A DNA stretch of 32,000 nt from Megasphaera elsdenii DSM 20460 (GTDB lineage Bacteria; Bacillota; Negativicutes; Veillonellales; Megasphaeraceae), in the NCBI RefSeq assembly GCF_003010495.1, contig NZ_CP027570.1, forward strand, positions 900,001 through 932,000, in the 5' to 3' direction. Positions 1-6,615 of the stretch are shown one piece after another. How positions within the stretch are numbered: position 1 is the stretch's first letter; the number at the start of each line of letters is the position of its first letter. Both the position numbers and the translations under genes were made by a program. Under the pieces are notes generated by a model, which was not told where the DNA came from, made no database searches, and saw only the letters and a program-made list of their open reading frames with translations.

Positions 1-617
1 TGCGTGACCGCATCTGCGAAACCGGTACGGGCCTTCCGGCTATTTTGACGATTTTCTTCGGCGCCGCCTATGGCAGTGTCAATACGTATATCGCCATGAT
101 GGCTGCAGAAGCCCATATTGAAAATGCCGGTTTATTCTTCATCATCGGGACGCTGTTTGTCTTCATTTCCCGTCCCTTTGGCGGCCGTCTCCTCGATGCC
201 AAAGGCGCCTTTGCCGTCGTCATGCCCGGGTCAGTCTTGTATTTGATCGGGTTGTTGCTCATCATGGCCGCCCATTCGCTCATGGTCTTATTGGCAGCGT
301 CTGTCTTTTACGGCTTAGGTGCCGGCCTGCTGCTCCCGGCCCTGCTGACGTGGATCCTGAATATGGTCCGCCCGGAACGGCGCAGTTCCGCCAGCGCGAC
401 CTTCTATAATATGCTCGATATCGGTACCAGCACGGGCATCCTCGTCTTGGGCGTCATCGCCGGTATGGTAGGCTATCGCCACATGTACTGGAGTGTCACA
501 GCCCTTATGATTTGTTTTGCTGTCCTGTTCATGTTCTGTCATTATCGCTATGGCAGCGATGTCATGGCTAGTCAGAAAGTGGGAAAAGGAGCCGTCGCCG
601 ATATCCATAAAGATTGA
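1..617 (+). CDS. MFS-type transporter, C-terminal part (5' end outside window)
   Basis: The frame is open from nt 3 to TGA 615-617; the ORF track starts at 45 only because that is the first start codon. The product is a series of hydrophobic helices with MFS-like loops (RPFGGRLLD, VRPERR). Confidence 0.75.
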   Translation, partial: RDRICETGTGLPAILTIFFGAAYGSVNTYIAMMAAEAHIENAGLFFIIGTLFVFISRPFGGRLLDAKGAFAVVMPGSVLYLIGLLLIMAAHSLMVLLAASVFYGLGAGLLLPALLTWILNMVRPERRSSASATFYNMLDIGTSTGILVLGVIAGMVGYRHMYWSVTALMICFAVLFMFCHYRYGSDVMASQKVGKGAVADIHKD

Positions 618-628
618 GAGGTATCCTA

Positions 629-1063
629 ATGGACGTACGAGATCGGAAAGATGATGAATTGATACGACAATTATTCTGTACGACCCGGATTTTTTCCCGG
701 ACTTTGAACGGCTGTGTGGCCCCTTTAGGACTTCACAGCTCGGAATGGATGGTCCTGAACTTCATTCACTTGAATGACGGCATTGCCCAGGCCGATTTGA
801 TTCGTTATTTCAAGGTGGAAGCGGCGGCGATTACGCGCACGTTGAGCCGGCTGGAGAAGAAAGGCCTGATTAGCCGTCATCCTATGGAGAAAGGGCGGGG
901 TAAGTACATCGAATTGACCGAAGCCGGCCGGGACCTGTTTGCCAAAGCGGAACCTTTTGTAACGGCCCATCGGAGACAGGCCTTGCAGGGATTGTCAGCA
1001 ACGGAACGTCAGCAGCTATTGACGTTGTGTGCGAAAGTCCAAGCGGCTTTAGAGGCGGAATAG
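629..1063 (+). CDS. MarR-family winged-helix transcriptional regulator
   Basis: ORF 614..1063 with a MarR-like wHTH core (SEWMVLNFI...DLIRYFKVEAAAITRTLSRLEKKGLISR). I prefer ATG 629 (GAGAGG 7 nt upstream) to TTG 614. It abuts the MFS gene, a typical MarR/efflux pair. Confidence 0.85.
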   Translation: MDVRDRKDDELIRQLFCTTRIFSRTLNGCVAPLGLHSSEWMVLNFIHLNDGIAQADLIRYFKVEAAAITRTLSRLEKKGLISRHPMEKGRGKYIELTEAGRDLFAKAEPFVTAHRRQALQGLSATERQQLLTLCAKVQAALEAE

Positions 1064-1115
1064 TATATATTTTTATCATATAGAGGGTATACCTATACTG
1101 ATTTCCCATAGATAG

Positions 1116-1144
1116 CTTACAAATCATCGGCATATGCGTATAAT
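1116..1144 (+). promoter_or_regulatory. sigma70-type promoter candidate for the dehydrogenase gene
   Basis: CTTACA (1116-1121), 17-nt spacer, TATAAT (1139-1144), about 40 nt upstream of ATG 1185. Confidence 0.4.
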
Positions 1145-1184
1145 TAAATCAAGATATTACCTATGCTGAAAGGAGATTTTAAAA

Positions 1185-2132
1185 ATGAAAATTGTCTTGT
1201 TGGAATCGTTAGGTATCAGCCAGGAATTGCTTGATTCGTATGTAAAACCCTTGAAGGAAAAAGGCTATGAATTTGCTGCGTATGAACGCAATGATGACCC
1301 AGCCGTCCAGATTGAAGAAGCGAAGGACGCCGATATCCTCATCATCGCCAACATGCCCCTCAAAGCCGAAGTCATCAATGCCTGCCCGAACCTGAAGTAC
1401 ATCGACGTTGCCTTTACCGGTGTCGACCACGTCGCCCTGGATGCTGCCAAAGCCAAAGGCATCAAAGTCAGCAATGCATCGGGCTATTCGACGGTTGCCG
1501 TTGCTGAATTGACCATCGCCATGATGCTCGACTTGCTCCGCCGCGTTCCCCAGGTCGATGCGGCTTGCCGTGCTGGAGGCACGAAGGCCGGCCTTGTCGG
1601 CAACGAACTGGAAGGGAAGACAGTTGCCCTCGTCGGCACTGGCCACATCGGTCATCGCGTTGCCGAACTGGTCCATGCCTTTGGTGCTAAAGTCATCGCC
1701 TATAACGGCTTCTCTCATAAAGCCGATACGGAACTGATCAAATACTTGCCCATGAAAGAAATGATGGAACAGGCCGATATTGTCAGCCTCCATTGCCCGG
1801 TAACGGATAAATCGAAGGGCTTGATCAATAAAGAAACTTTGTCGTATATGAAACCGACAGCCTTCCTCATCAATGAAGCCCGTGGCCCTGTCGTCGTATC
1901 CCAGGACTTGGCCGATGCCTTGAACAGCGGTAAAATCGCCGGCGCCGGCATTGATGTCTTTGAAAACGAACCGCCTCTTGACACCAATCATCCGCTGCTT
2001 CACGCTAAGAATACCATCGTCACGCCGCACGTCGCCTTCGCTACGGCCGAATCCATGGCAAAACGCGCCGTCATTGTCTTTGACAATATTGACGCTTACT
2101 TAGCGGGTAACCAGAAAAACGTCATCCTCTAA
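1185..2132 (+). CDS. D-isomer-specific 2-hydroxyacid dehydrogenase (glycerate/hydroxypyruvate/phosphoglycerate dehydrogenase-like)
   Basis: NAD-binding motif GTGHIGHRVAELV and the family R/E/H residues (EARGP, VFENEPP, TPHVAF). AGGAG RBS before the ATG. Confidence 0.9.
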   Translation: MKIVLLESLGISQELLDSYVKPLKEKGYEFAAYERNDDPAVQIEEAKDADILIIANMPLKAEVINACPNLKYIDVAFTGVDHVALDAAKAKGIKVSNASGYSTVAVAELTIAMMLDLLRRVPQVDAACRAGGTKAGLVGNELEGKTVALVGTGHIGHRVAELVHAFGAKVIAYNGFSHKADTELIKYLPMKEMMEQADIVSLHCPVTDKSKGLINKETLSYMKPTAFLINEARGPVVVSQDLADALNSGKIAGAGIDVFENEPPLDTNHPLLHAKNTIVTPHVAFATAESMAKRAVIVFDNIDAYLAGNQKNVIL

Positions 2133-2148
2133 TTTCACACCTTTTTAC

Positions 2149-2183
2149 AAAGGGGCTGTCGCATTCAGCGATAAGCCCCTTTT
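2149..2183 (+). terminator. intrinsic terminator, diverged member of the recurrent GGGCTTGTCGC terminator family
   Basis: AAA-GGGGCTGTCGC-attca-GCGATAAGCCCC-TTTT, 17 nt after the stop at 2132. Confidence 0.7.
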
Positions 2184-2189
2184 GTGATT

Positions 2190-2303
2190 CGTTTGCCGAA
2201 AATTCTCGCAAATGCAAAAATACGCAATGTACAGGATTCAGGCGGGCCGCGGACTGCGTTTTTCATCACGGCAAACGAGCCACGACCCACGGCAAACGAC
2301 GTG
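2190..2303. repeat. CGTTTGCCG/CGGCAAACG heptamer-phased repeat (inverted relative to the copy at 27940-28018)
   Basis: CGTTTGCCG at 2190-2198; its complement CGGCAAACG at 2269-2277 and 2290-2298. Segment 2269-2303 reads CGGCAAA CGAGCCA CGACCCA CGGCAAA CGACGTG. The reverse complement of 2269-2300 matches 27940-27971 at 28 of 32 positions. Confidence 0.6.
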
Positions 2304-2379
2304 AAACAAGGAATTGCACATGTTGGCAGAAGCCTTCGTGCGGCAATCCCTTTTTGCGTTCAGTGTGAACGTTTTCAGT

Positions 2380-2400
2380 GTAGGGGCGCCCACGTGGGCA
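2380..2400 (+). repeat. truncated copy of the GTAGGGGC-GGGCGCCC hairpin module
   Basis: GTAGGGGCGCCCACGTGGGCA. The left half is identical to the copies at 13838 and 29353; the right half is degenerate. Confidence 0.5.
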
Positions 2401-2429
2401 ATGTCAGTAAGTTTAGGAAATTCATAAAT

Positions 2430-2462
2430 AAAAGACCGCCAGATACATGTGGCGGTCTTTTT
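2430..2462. terminator. orphan intrinsic terminator (no CDS upstream)
   Basis: AAAGACCGCC-agatacatgt-GGCGGTCTTT followed by TT, with an A-tract on the other side. It lies about 250 nt after the previous terminator. Confidence 0.55.
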
Positions 2463-2539
2463 GTATGTGATTTGCTGAGTGCTTTCATGCTTCTAGGACT
2501 CAGTTTGCGGCGCTGCCGCTAAGTACACTGGATTGTAAG

Positions 2540-2598
2540 GGCGCGGGAGCGCCTGAAAAGGCTCCCCTGTGAAGGGGAGCTGGCCGCCGTAGGCGGTC
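2540..2598 (+). repeat. three back-to-back GC-rich hairpins
   Basis: GGCGC-ggga-GCGCC (2540-2553); GCTCCCC-tgtgaa-GGGGAGC (2561-2580); GGCCGCC-gta-GGCGGTC (2582-2598). Confidence 0.6.
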
Positions 2599-2685
2599 TG
2601 AGGGGTTCTTCAGCAATCTTTTTCCTCTGAACTCCCTTGTAATAAGAGAAAAAACGTGTAAAACAGTAGTAAAGGGGGCGATTCT

Positions 2686-2886
2686 ATGGACATCATTGTT
2701 CAAGTCAAGAATTGCATTAAGGACGCGATATACCAAGTAAAAGCGAATATTTCTGTGTATTCCCGTCATTCAGGGATTGATTTTATACGCAAACGAAAGC
2801 TGACGCTTCCCGTCTTAATCCGCTTTTTGTTGTGCCTGGAATCCAATTCGTTAGGAAAAAGCCTGCTTACTTTTTATAGTGTGTAG
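2686..2886 (+). pseudogene. possible N-terminal remnant of a DDE (IS4-like) transposase
   Basis: 66-aa ORF with an RBS (AAAGGGGG). The segment DFIRKRKLTLPVLIRFLLCL resembles, from memory, the N-termini of IS4-like transposases. The ORF stops where the sequence turns AT-rich. Confidence 0.3.
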
Positions 2887-2891
2887 TTTTT

Positions 2892-2993
2892 ATTGGTTTA
2901 TCAGTTTACTTAATTAGTTTACATTACGTGATGTTTGAAATAAAAACATAGTTATTAAGCCAATTATATATATGTAAATCTAAATAAACCAAT
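2892..2993. repeat. AT-rich segment bounded by a 10-bp perfect inverted repeat
   Basis: ATTGGTTTAT (2892-2901) and ATAAACCAAT (2984-2993), extended imperfectly (...CAGTTTAC / GTAAATCT...). Confidence 0.4.
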
Positions 2994-2999
2994 TTACTG

Positions 3000-3023
3000 A
3001 CACTGGAAGCAGTGTTTTTTTTT
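3000..3023 (+). terminator. short hairpin + T9 (weak terminator candidate)
   Basis: ACACTG-gaag-CAGTGT followed by nine T (3015-3023). Confidence 0.35.
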
Positions 3024-3159
3024 CTTCTGAAAATATACAATTTGCGCCTGTTTTATCGCTTAAGCCCCGCCAGAAGACTCCCGCCTCTTAGGTGGGGATG
3101 AATGGCGGGGCTTGAGTGGGTTCAATGCCCGTAAAAAGCACAAAACTCTGTAATTCATC

Positions 3160-3188
3160 TTGAAAATCATCACTATTTCCCACATAAT
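3160..3188 (+). promoter_or_regulatory. promoter candidate for tnpB
   Basis: TTGAAA (3160-3165), 17-nt spacer, CATAAT (3183-3188). Confidence 0.4.
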
Positions 3189-3210
3189 AATCATATAATA
3201 AAAAAAGGAG

Positions 3211-4476
3211 GTGAAAAATGTGTATCTTACTCAATCAAATGTCATCAGAAATCTTTCCAAAGAAGACTATGCCATGCTGCGAGAGATGTGCCAATACAGC
3301 AATAACCTCTACAACGTGGCTCTCTACAACATCAGGCAATACTATTTCCAAGAGAAGAAGTTCTTGAAATACGAAGAAAATTACCATGTCTGCAAGGAAA
3401 ACGAAAACTACGGTCTGTTGCAGGCTGGCGTTTCTCAGCAGATATTGAAGGTGGCTGACCGCAGTTTCAAGTCATTCTTCAATCTCATAAAAAAGGCAAA
3501 ATCAGGAGAATATCGCTTCAAGGATATCAAAATGCCTCACTATCGGGAAAAGGGCGGCATGTTCAACCTGATTCTCTCCACGAACGCCATAAACGTAAAA
3601 GATGGATTCTTGACGATCCCCATGAGTCGGGGATTTTCTAAACGGCATGGCCGTAAGCCAATCAAAATCCCTTTCCCTGCGAGACTGAAAGAAAAAAGCA
3701 TCAAGGAAGTCCGTATCTGCCCCGTATATAATGGCAGATACTTCAAAATCCAGTATTGCTATCTTCAGGAGAAAGAACCTCAAGACGTTTCACCGGACAA
3801 TGTTCTTGCTATCGACATCGGTCTTGAAAATCTGGCAACTTGCGTGACCAACACCGGGACGGCGTTCATCATGGACGGGCGTAAACTTAAATCAATCAAC
3901 CAGTATTGGAACAAGCAGAAAGCCTACTATCAGGGGATTGCCGACAAACAAGGACAGAAGAAAACGCACAGGCTCTATGCCTTAGCAAGAAAACGTAACA
4001 ATCGGACACAGGACTACCTCCGCAAGGTTGCCCGCTATATCATCAACTACTGTATCGAACACCGTATCGGAACTATCGTCTGTGGTTATAACGGTGACTT
4101 TAAACGTAGTATCAACCTGGGTAGGATAACCAACCAACAGTTTACGCAAATCAGTTTCGGTAATCTGCGTGAAACACTGGAAGGACTTTGCGAGCGTTAC
4201 GGTATGCGATATATCGAACAGGAAGAATCTTACACTTCTCAAGCAAGTTGCTTGGATTTAGACGATATTCCTGTCTATCATCCGGAACAGCCGTATACTG
4301 GCACGTTTAGTGGGAAGCGTATCCACCGTGGCTTGTACCAGTTCGCCGATGGCAGGATGGCCAACGCGGATGTGAATGGAGCATACAACATACTCCGTAA
4401 AAGTAAGCAGAACTTCGATTTCGAGGGACTGTGTAAGGGGCTTTTGGACAGCCCTTTGAGAATAAGGATATCCTGA
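3211..4476 (+). CDS. tnpB: TnpB (OrfB_IS605 family) RNA-guided endonuclease-like protein
   Basis: RuvC-I motif AIDIGLENLAT, then YTSQ, then RuvC-III motif NADVNGAYNILRK. The N-terminal helix LYNVALYNIRQYYF is typical of the family. GTG 3211 overlaps the AGGAGG RBS, so GTG 3220 is better spaced and may be the true start. Confidence 0.9.
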   Translation: MKNVYLTQSNVIRNLSKEDYAMLREMCQYSNNLYNVALYNIRQYYFQEKKFLKYEENYHVCKENENYGLLQAGVSQQILKVADRSFKSFFNLIKKAKSGEYRFKDIKMPHYREKGGMFNLILSTNAINVKDGFLTIPMSRGFSKRHGRKPIKIPFPARLKEKSIKEVRICPVYNGRYFKIQYCYLQEKEPQDVSPDNVLAIDIGLENLATCVTNTGTAFIMDGRKLKSINQYWNKQKAYYQGIADKQGQKKTHRLYALARKRNNRTQDYLRKVARYIINYCIEHRIGTIVCGYNGDFKRSINLGRITNQQFTQISFGNLRETLEGLCERYGMRYIEQEESYTSQASCLDLDDIPVYHPEQPYTGTFSGKRIHRGLYQFADGRMANADVNGAYNILRKSKQNFDFEGLCKGLLDSPLRIRIS

Positions 4477-4570
4477 CAGCTAACTCCTTTGGGATAGGCT
4501 GTCAGGCATTAGTCCGTGTATCAAACTTCTCAAGAATCTCCCGCTTCTATAAGCGGGAGAGGTTCAAGTC
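4400..4570 (+). ncRNA. candidate omega/reRNA scaffold of the TnpB element (boundaries approximate)
   Basis: The position (tnpB 3' end to right end) is where TnpB guide RNAs are encoded. Perfect hairpins CCTGACAGC/GCTGTCAGG (4472-4480/4498-4506) and TCTCCCGCTT/AAGCGGGAGA (4537-4546/4551-4560). No expression data. Confidence 0.35.
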
Positions 4571-4571
4571 T

Positions 4572-5174
4572 TTGAAGCTTCCGCCAGGTACGGCTATGTC
4601 GGAACAGGAACTGTCGGGCATTTTGAATGTCAGCCGGACGCCGGTACGGGAAGCCTTTATCCGTTTGTCACAAAAGGGACTGCTCGAGATTTTACCGCAG
4701 CGCGGGACCTTCGTGTCCAAGATTCACACGGAACAGCTGGCAGAGTTCCGCTTTTTCCGGGTTACCTTGGAACGGGCCATTATAGAATTGGCCTGTCAGG
4801 CTTTTCCGGATCCGTGGCGGACGAAACTAGAATTTTGCATTTTCGAGCAGGGGAAATTCATTACCTCGAAAGATGCAGAAAACTTTTTCAAGAGTGACAA
4901 TACGTTGCACTCCCTGCTCTATGAAGGTTGCGGCAAGCCCCATATCTGGCAGATCGTCCAGGAATCAAACCTGGATTATGCTCGGGCCCGCGTCCTCAAC
5001 GTCAGCGATGCCGCTGAGCAGATGAACCTTCTTTATGAACAGCATAAAGGCATTGTCGGAGCCATCTTTGCCGGCAATACCGAAATGGCGCAACGCATCA
5101 TGACCGAACACATCAATAAGGTCATGGGCGACGTAGAAGTATTGAAAAAAGAATATCCAGAGTATTTCCAGTAA
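4572..5174 (+). CDS. GntR/FadR-family (FCD domain) transcriptional regulator, 5'-truncated at the IS right end (possible pseudogene)
   Basis: The product starts at KLPPGTAMSEQELSGILNVSRTPVREAFIRLSQKGLLEILPQRGTFV, which is wHTH helices 2-3 plus the wing. The roughly 20-25-aa first helix is missing. The C-terminal helical FCD-like domain is intact. TTG start, no strong SD. Confidence 0.75.
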   Translation: MKLPPGTAMSEQELSGILNVSRTPVREAFIRLSQKGLLEILPQRGTFVSKIHTEQLAEFRFFRVTLERAIIELACQAFPDPWRTKLEFCIFEQGKFITSKDAENFFKSDNTLHSLLYEGCGKPHIWQIVQESNLDYARARVLNVSDAAEQMNLLYEQHKGIVGAIFAGNTEMAQRIMTEHINKVMGDVEVLKKEYPEYFQ

Positions 5175-5180
5175 AGATAG

Positions 5181-5232
5181 TTTGTAGTACAGAGTTCACT
5201 AAAAACTACAAACTGCAAACTTAGTACTCAAA
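5181..5232 (+). repeat. heptamer-phased hairpin element, family 1, shortened copy A
   Basis: TTTGTAG TACAGAG ... ACTAAAA ACTACAA ACTGCAA ACTTAGT ACTCAAA. The right arm is nearly identical to copies B and C. Confidence 0.7.
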
Positions 5233-5264
5233 AAGGGCTTGTCGCATACGCGACAAGCCCTTTT
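5230..5264. terminator. bidirectional intrinsic terminator shared by the convergent gntR-like and lacI-like genes
   Basis: AAAAA-GGGCTTGTCGC-atac-GCGACAAGCCC-TTTT. The lacI-family stop lies at 5266-5268 on the other strand. Confidence 0.8.
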
Positions 5265-5265
5265 C

Positions 5266-6261
5266 TCACCTCCTGAAACTTTCCCGTTCTACGAGGTCGG
5301 CACTAAATTCGGTGCGGACTGGGACGGAATCCGGTTCTTTTCCGGTCAGTTCGGTGACGATATGGACGGCGGCATTGCACAGACTGGTCAGTTTGTTGTC
5401 CAGGCTGGTAATGGTCGGCGTGGCGCATTGGGCCAGGATGGAGTTATTGCAGCCGATGACCGGGATGGTTTTGCCGTGGCGCAAAGCGGCCCGTTGGGCA
5501 CCGATGGCGAAGATATCTTCTGAGGTGACGATGGCATCGAATGAGATGCCGCCTGCGACCAAGCGGTCGATGAGCACTTCTGTGTCATCCAGGGTACGTG
5601 GTATTTGCTGGATGAGTTCCGGCTTTTCCGTTAAGTTCAAATCCCGGATTCCCTGCCGGAAACCGTCGAGCTTATGGCGGCCGCTGTAGGTGAGGGAGTC
5701 GTAGATATAGAGGATGTCGTGGCAGTTTTTGGCAGCCAAGGCAGTAACGATCATTTTCATGCCTTCTTTTTCGTTACAGACGACGCTGTACATGTTGGGC
5801 TGATGGTAGTCGCTGTTGATGGTGATGACGGGAATCTGCCGGGCCGTGTCGCAGAGGAGACGGACGTCGGTTTCAGATGAAAAAGGCGTGCCAATAGTGA
5901 TGATGGCATCGACGTGTTTATCGGCCATGTCAGAGATGTATTTCCCGTTATGGCCCGTATCGCTGCCTGTATTGGAAAGCATGACATCGAAATGGTGTTT
6001 CCGCAGGCCGTCTTCCAGCAAGGATACGGCATGGGCATAGAAAATATCGGCCACATCGGTGCAAATGACGCCGACGATTTTCATGGAATCGAGGCCTAAG
6101 CCCCGGGCGAAGGGATTGGGCTTGTAACCCATTTCCTTCATAACTTGAAGGACTTTTGCCCGTGTCTTTTCGCTGACCCGTGTGCTGCCGTTGAGGACGC
6201 GAGAGACGGTGGCAATGGATACATTGCACTTCTGGGCGATGTCGTAAATGGTGATGTTCAT
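5266..6261 (-). CDS. LacI-family transcriptional regulator (likely hexuronate/KDG regulon repressor)
   Basis: N-terminal HTH MNITIYDIAQKCNVSIATVSRVLNG followed by a periplasmic-binding-protein-like sugar-binding fold. Divergent from uxaC. Confidence 0.9.
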   Translation of the reverse strand: MNITIYDIAQKCNVSIATVSRVLNGSTRVSEKTRAKVLQVMKEMGYKPNPFARGLGLDSMKIVGVICTDVADIFYAHAVSLLEDGLRKHHFDVMLSNTGSDTGHNGKYISDMADKHVDAIITIGTPFSSETDVRLLCDTARQIPVITINSDYHQPNMYSVVCNEKEGMKMIVTALAAKNCHDILYIYDSLTYSGRHKLDGFRQGIRDLNLTEKPELIQQIPRTLDDTEVLIDRLVAGGISFDAIVTSEDIFAIGAQRAALRHGKTIPVIGCNNSILAQCATPTITSLDNKLTSLCNAAVHIVTELTGKEPDSVPVRTEFSADLVERESFRR

Positions 6262-6302
6262 AGCAATCGTTCCTCTTTGTGTAAAAAATCTGTGTTGCTT
6301 AC

Positions 6303-6311
6303 ATTATAGCA
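6303..6311 (-). promoter_or_regulatory. extended -10 candidate for the lacI-family gene
   Basis: The minus strand reads TGCTATAAT, about 40 nt upstream of the start at 6261. Confidence 0.3.
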
Positions 6312-6352
6312 TACTTTTTTTCTGGATAAATGAGAAATCGCCACGATTTAAA

Positions 6353-6366
6353 TGTAAGCGCTTAAC
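6353..6366. promoter_or_regulatory. LacI-type operator candidate (imperfect)
   Basis: TGTAAGCGCTTAAC, close to the palindrome TGTAAGCGCTTACA. Confidence 0.35.
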
Positions 6367-6498
6367 CATTTGGAATAGAAAAATAGCAATATCTAGGCAC
6401 GAAAGGAATAGGAAGGTAAATTTTTAATTCATATTTATGAGCTAAAAGCATGAAAAACGGCTAATTTTTCAAAATTAATACATAAAAATCATATCATG

Positions 6499-6527
6499 TT
6501 GACACTTGAAACATGACATGGTATTCT
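6499..6527 (+). promoter_or_regulatory. promoter candidate of the uxa operon
   Basis: TTGACA (6499-6504), 17-nt spacer, TATTCT (6522-6527). Confidence 0.5.
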
Positions 6528-6542
6528 TTCGGTAAAGATAAG

Positions 6543-6556
6543 TGTAAGAGCTTACA
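6543..6556. promoter_or_regulatory. LacI-type operator candidate just downstream of the uxa promoter
   Basis: TGTAAG-AG-CTTACA with perfect inverted half-sites, 16 nt after the -10 element. Confidence 0.5.
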
Positions 6557-6615
6557 ATAAAAGTTGAGAATGACCGATGATATAACGGCCTTATATTTAG
6601 GAGGAGACGGACAAA

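Larger units (their letters stand above)
3050..4570 (+). mobile_element. IS200/IS605-family element carrying only tnpB (IS1341-like, non-autonomous); ends approximate
   Basis: A tnpB ORF with no tnpA nearby. Left subterminal compound hairpin at 3062-3113 (11-bp stem AAGCCCCGCCA/TGGCGGGGCTT; inner stem CCCGCC/GGTGGG). Right subterminal hairpin TCTCCCGCTT-ctat-AAGCGGGAGA at 4537-4560. Visibly AT-richer than the flanks. Confidence 0.6.

Noticed and set aside
1209-2030. 273-aa minus-strand ORF opposite the 2-hydroxyacid dehydrogenase. The same reasoning applies to the 227-aa plus-strand ORF 17951-18634 opposite the OPT transporter.
   Set aside because: These are antisense shadows of well-supported genes.
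2184-2769. ORFs 2184-2522 (+, 112 aa) and 2500-2769 (-, 89 aa)
   Set aside because: Both read straight through intrinsic terminators and GC-hairpin repeats. They have no RBS, and their composition is dictated by the repeats.
4553-4571. GGTTCAAGTC, reminiscent of a tRNA T-loop, at the IS right end
   Set aside because: The flanking bases do not form a T-stem, and there are no acceptor, D or anticodon arms. It is most likely part of the IS right end or guide-RNA scaffold.
5239-6229. Several plus- and minus-strand ORFs of 60-125 aa overlapping the lacI-family gene
   Set aside because: All lie in alternative frames of a well-supported regulator gene. No independent support.
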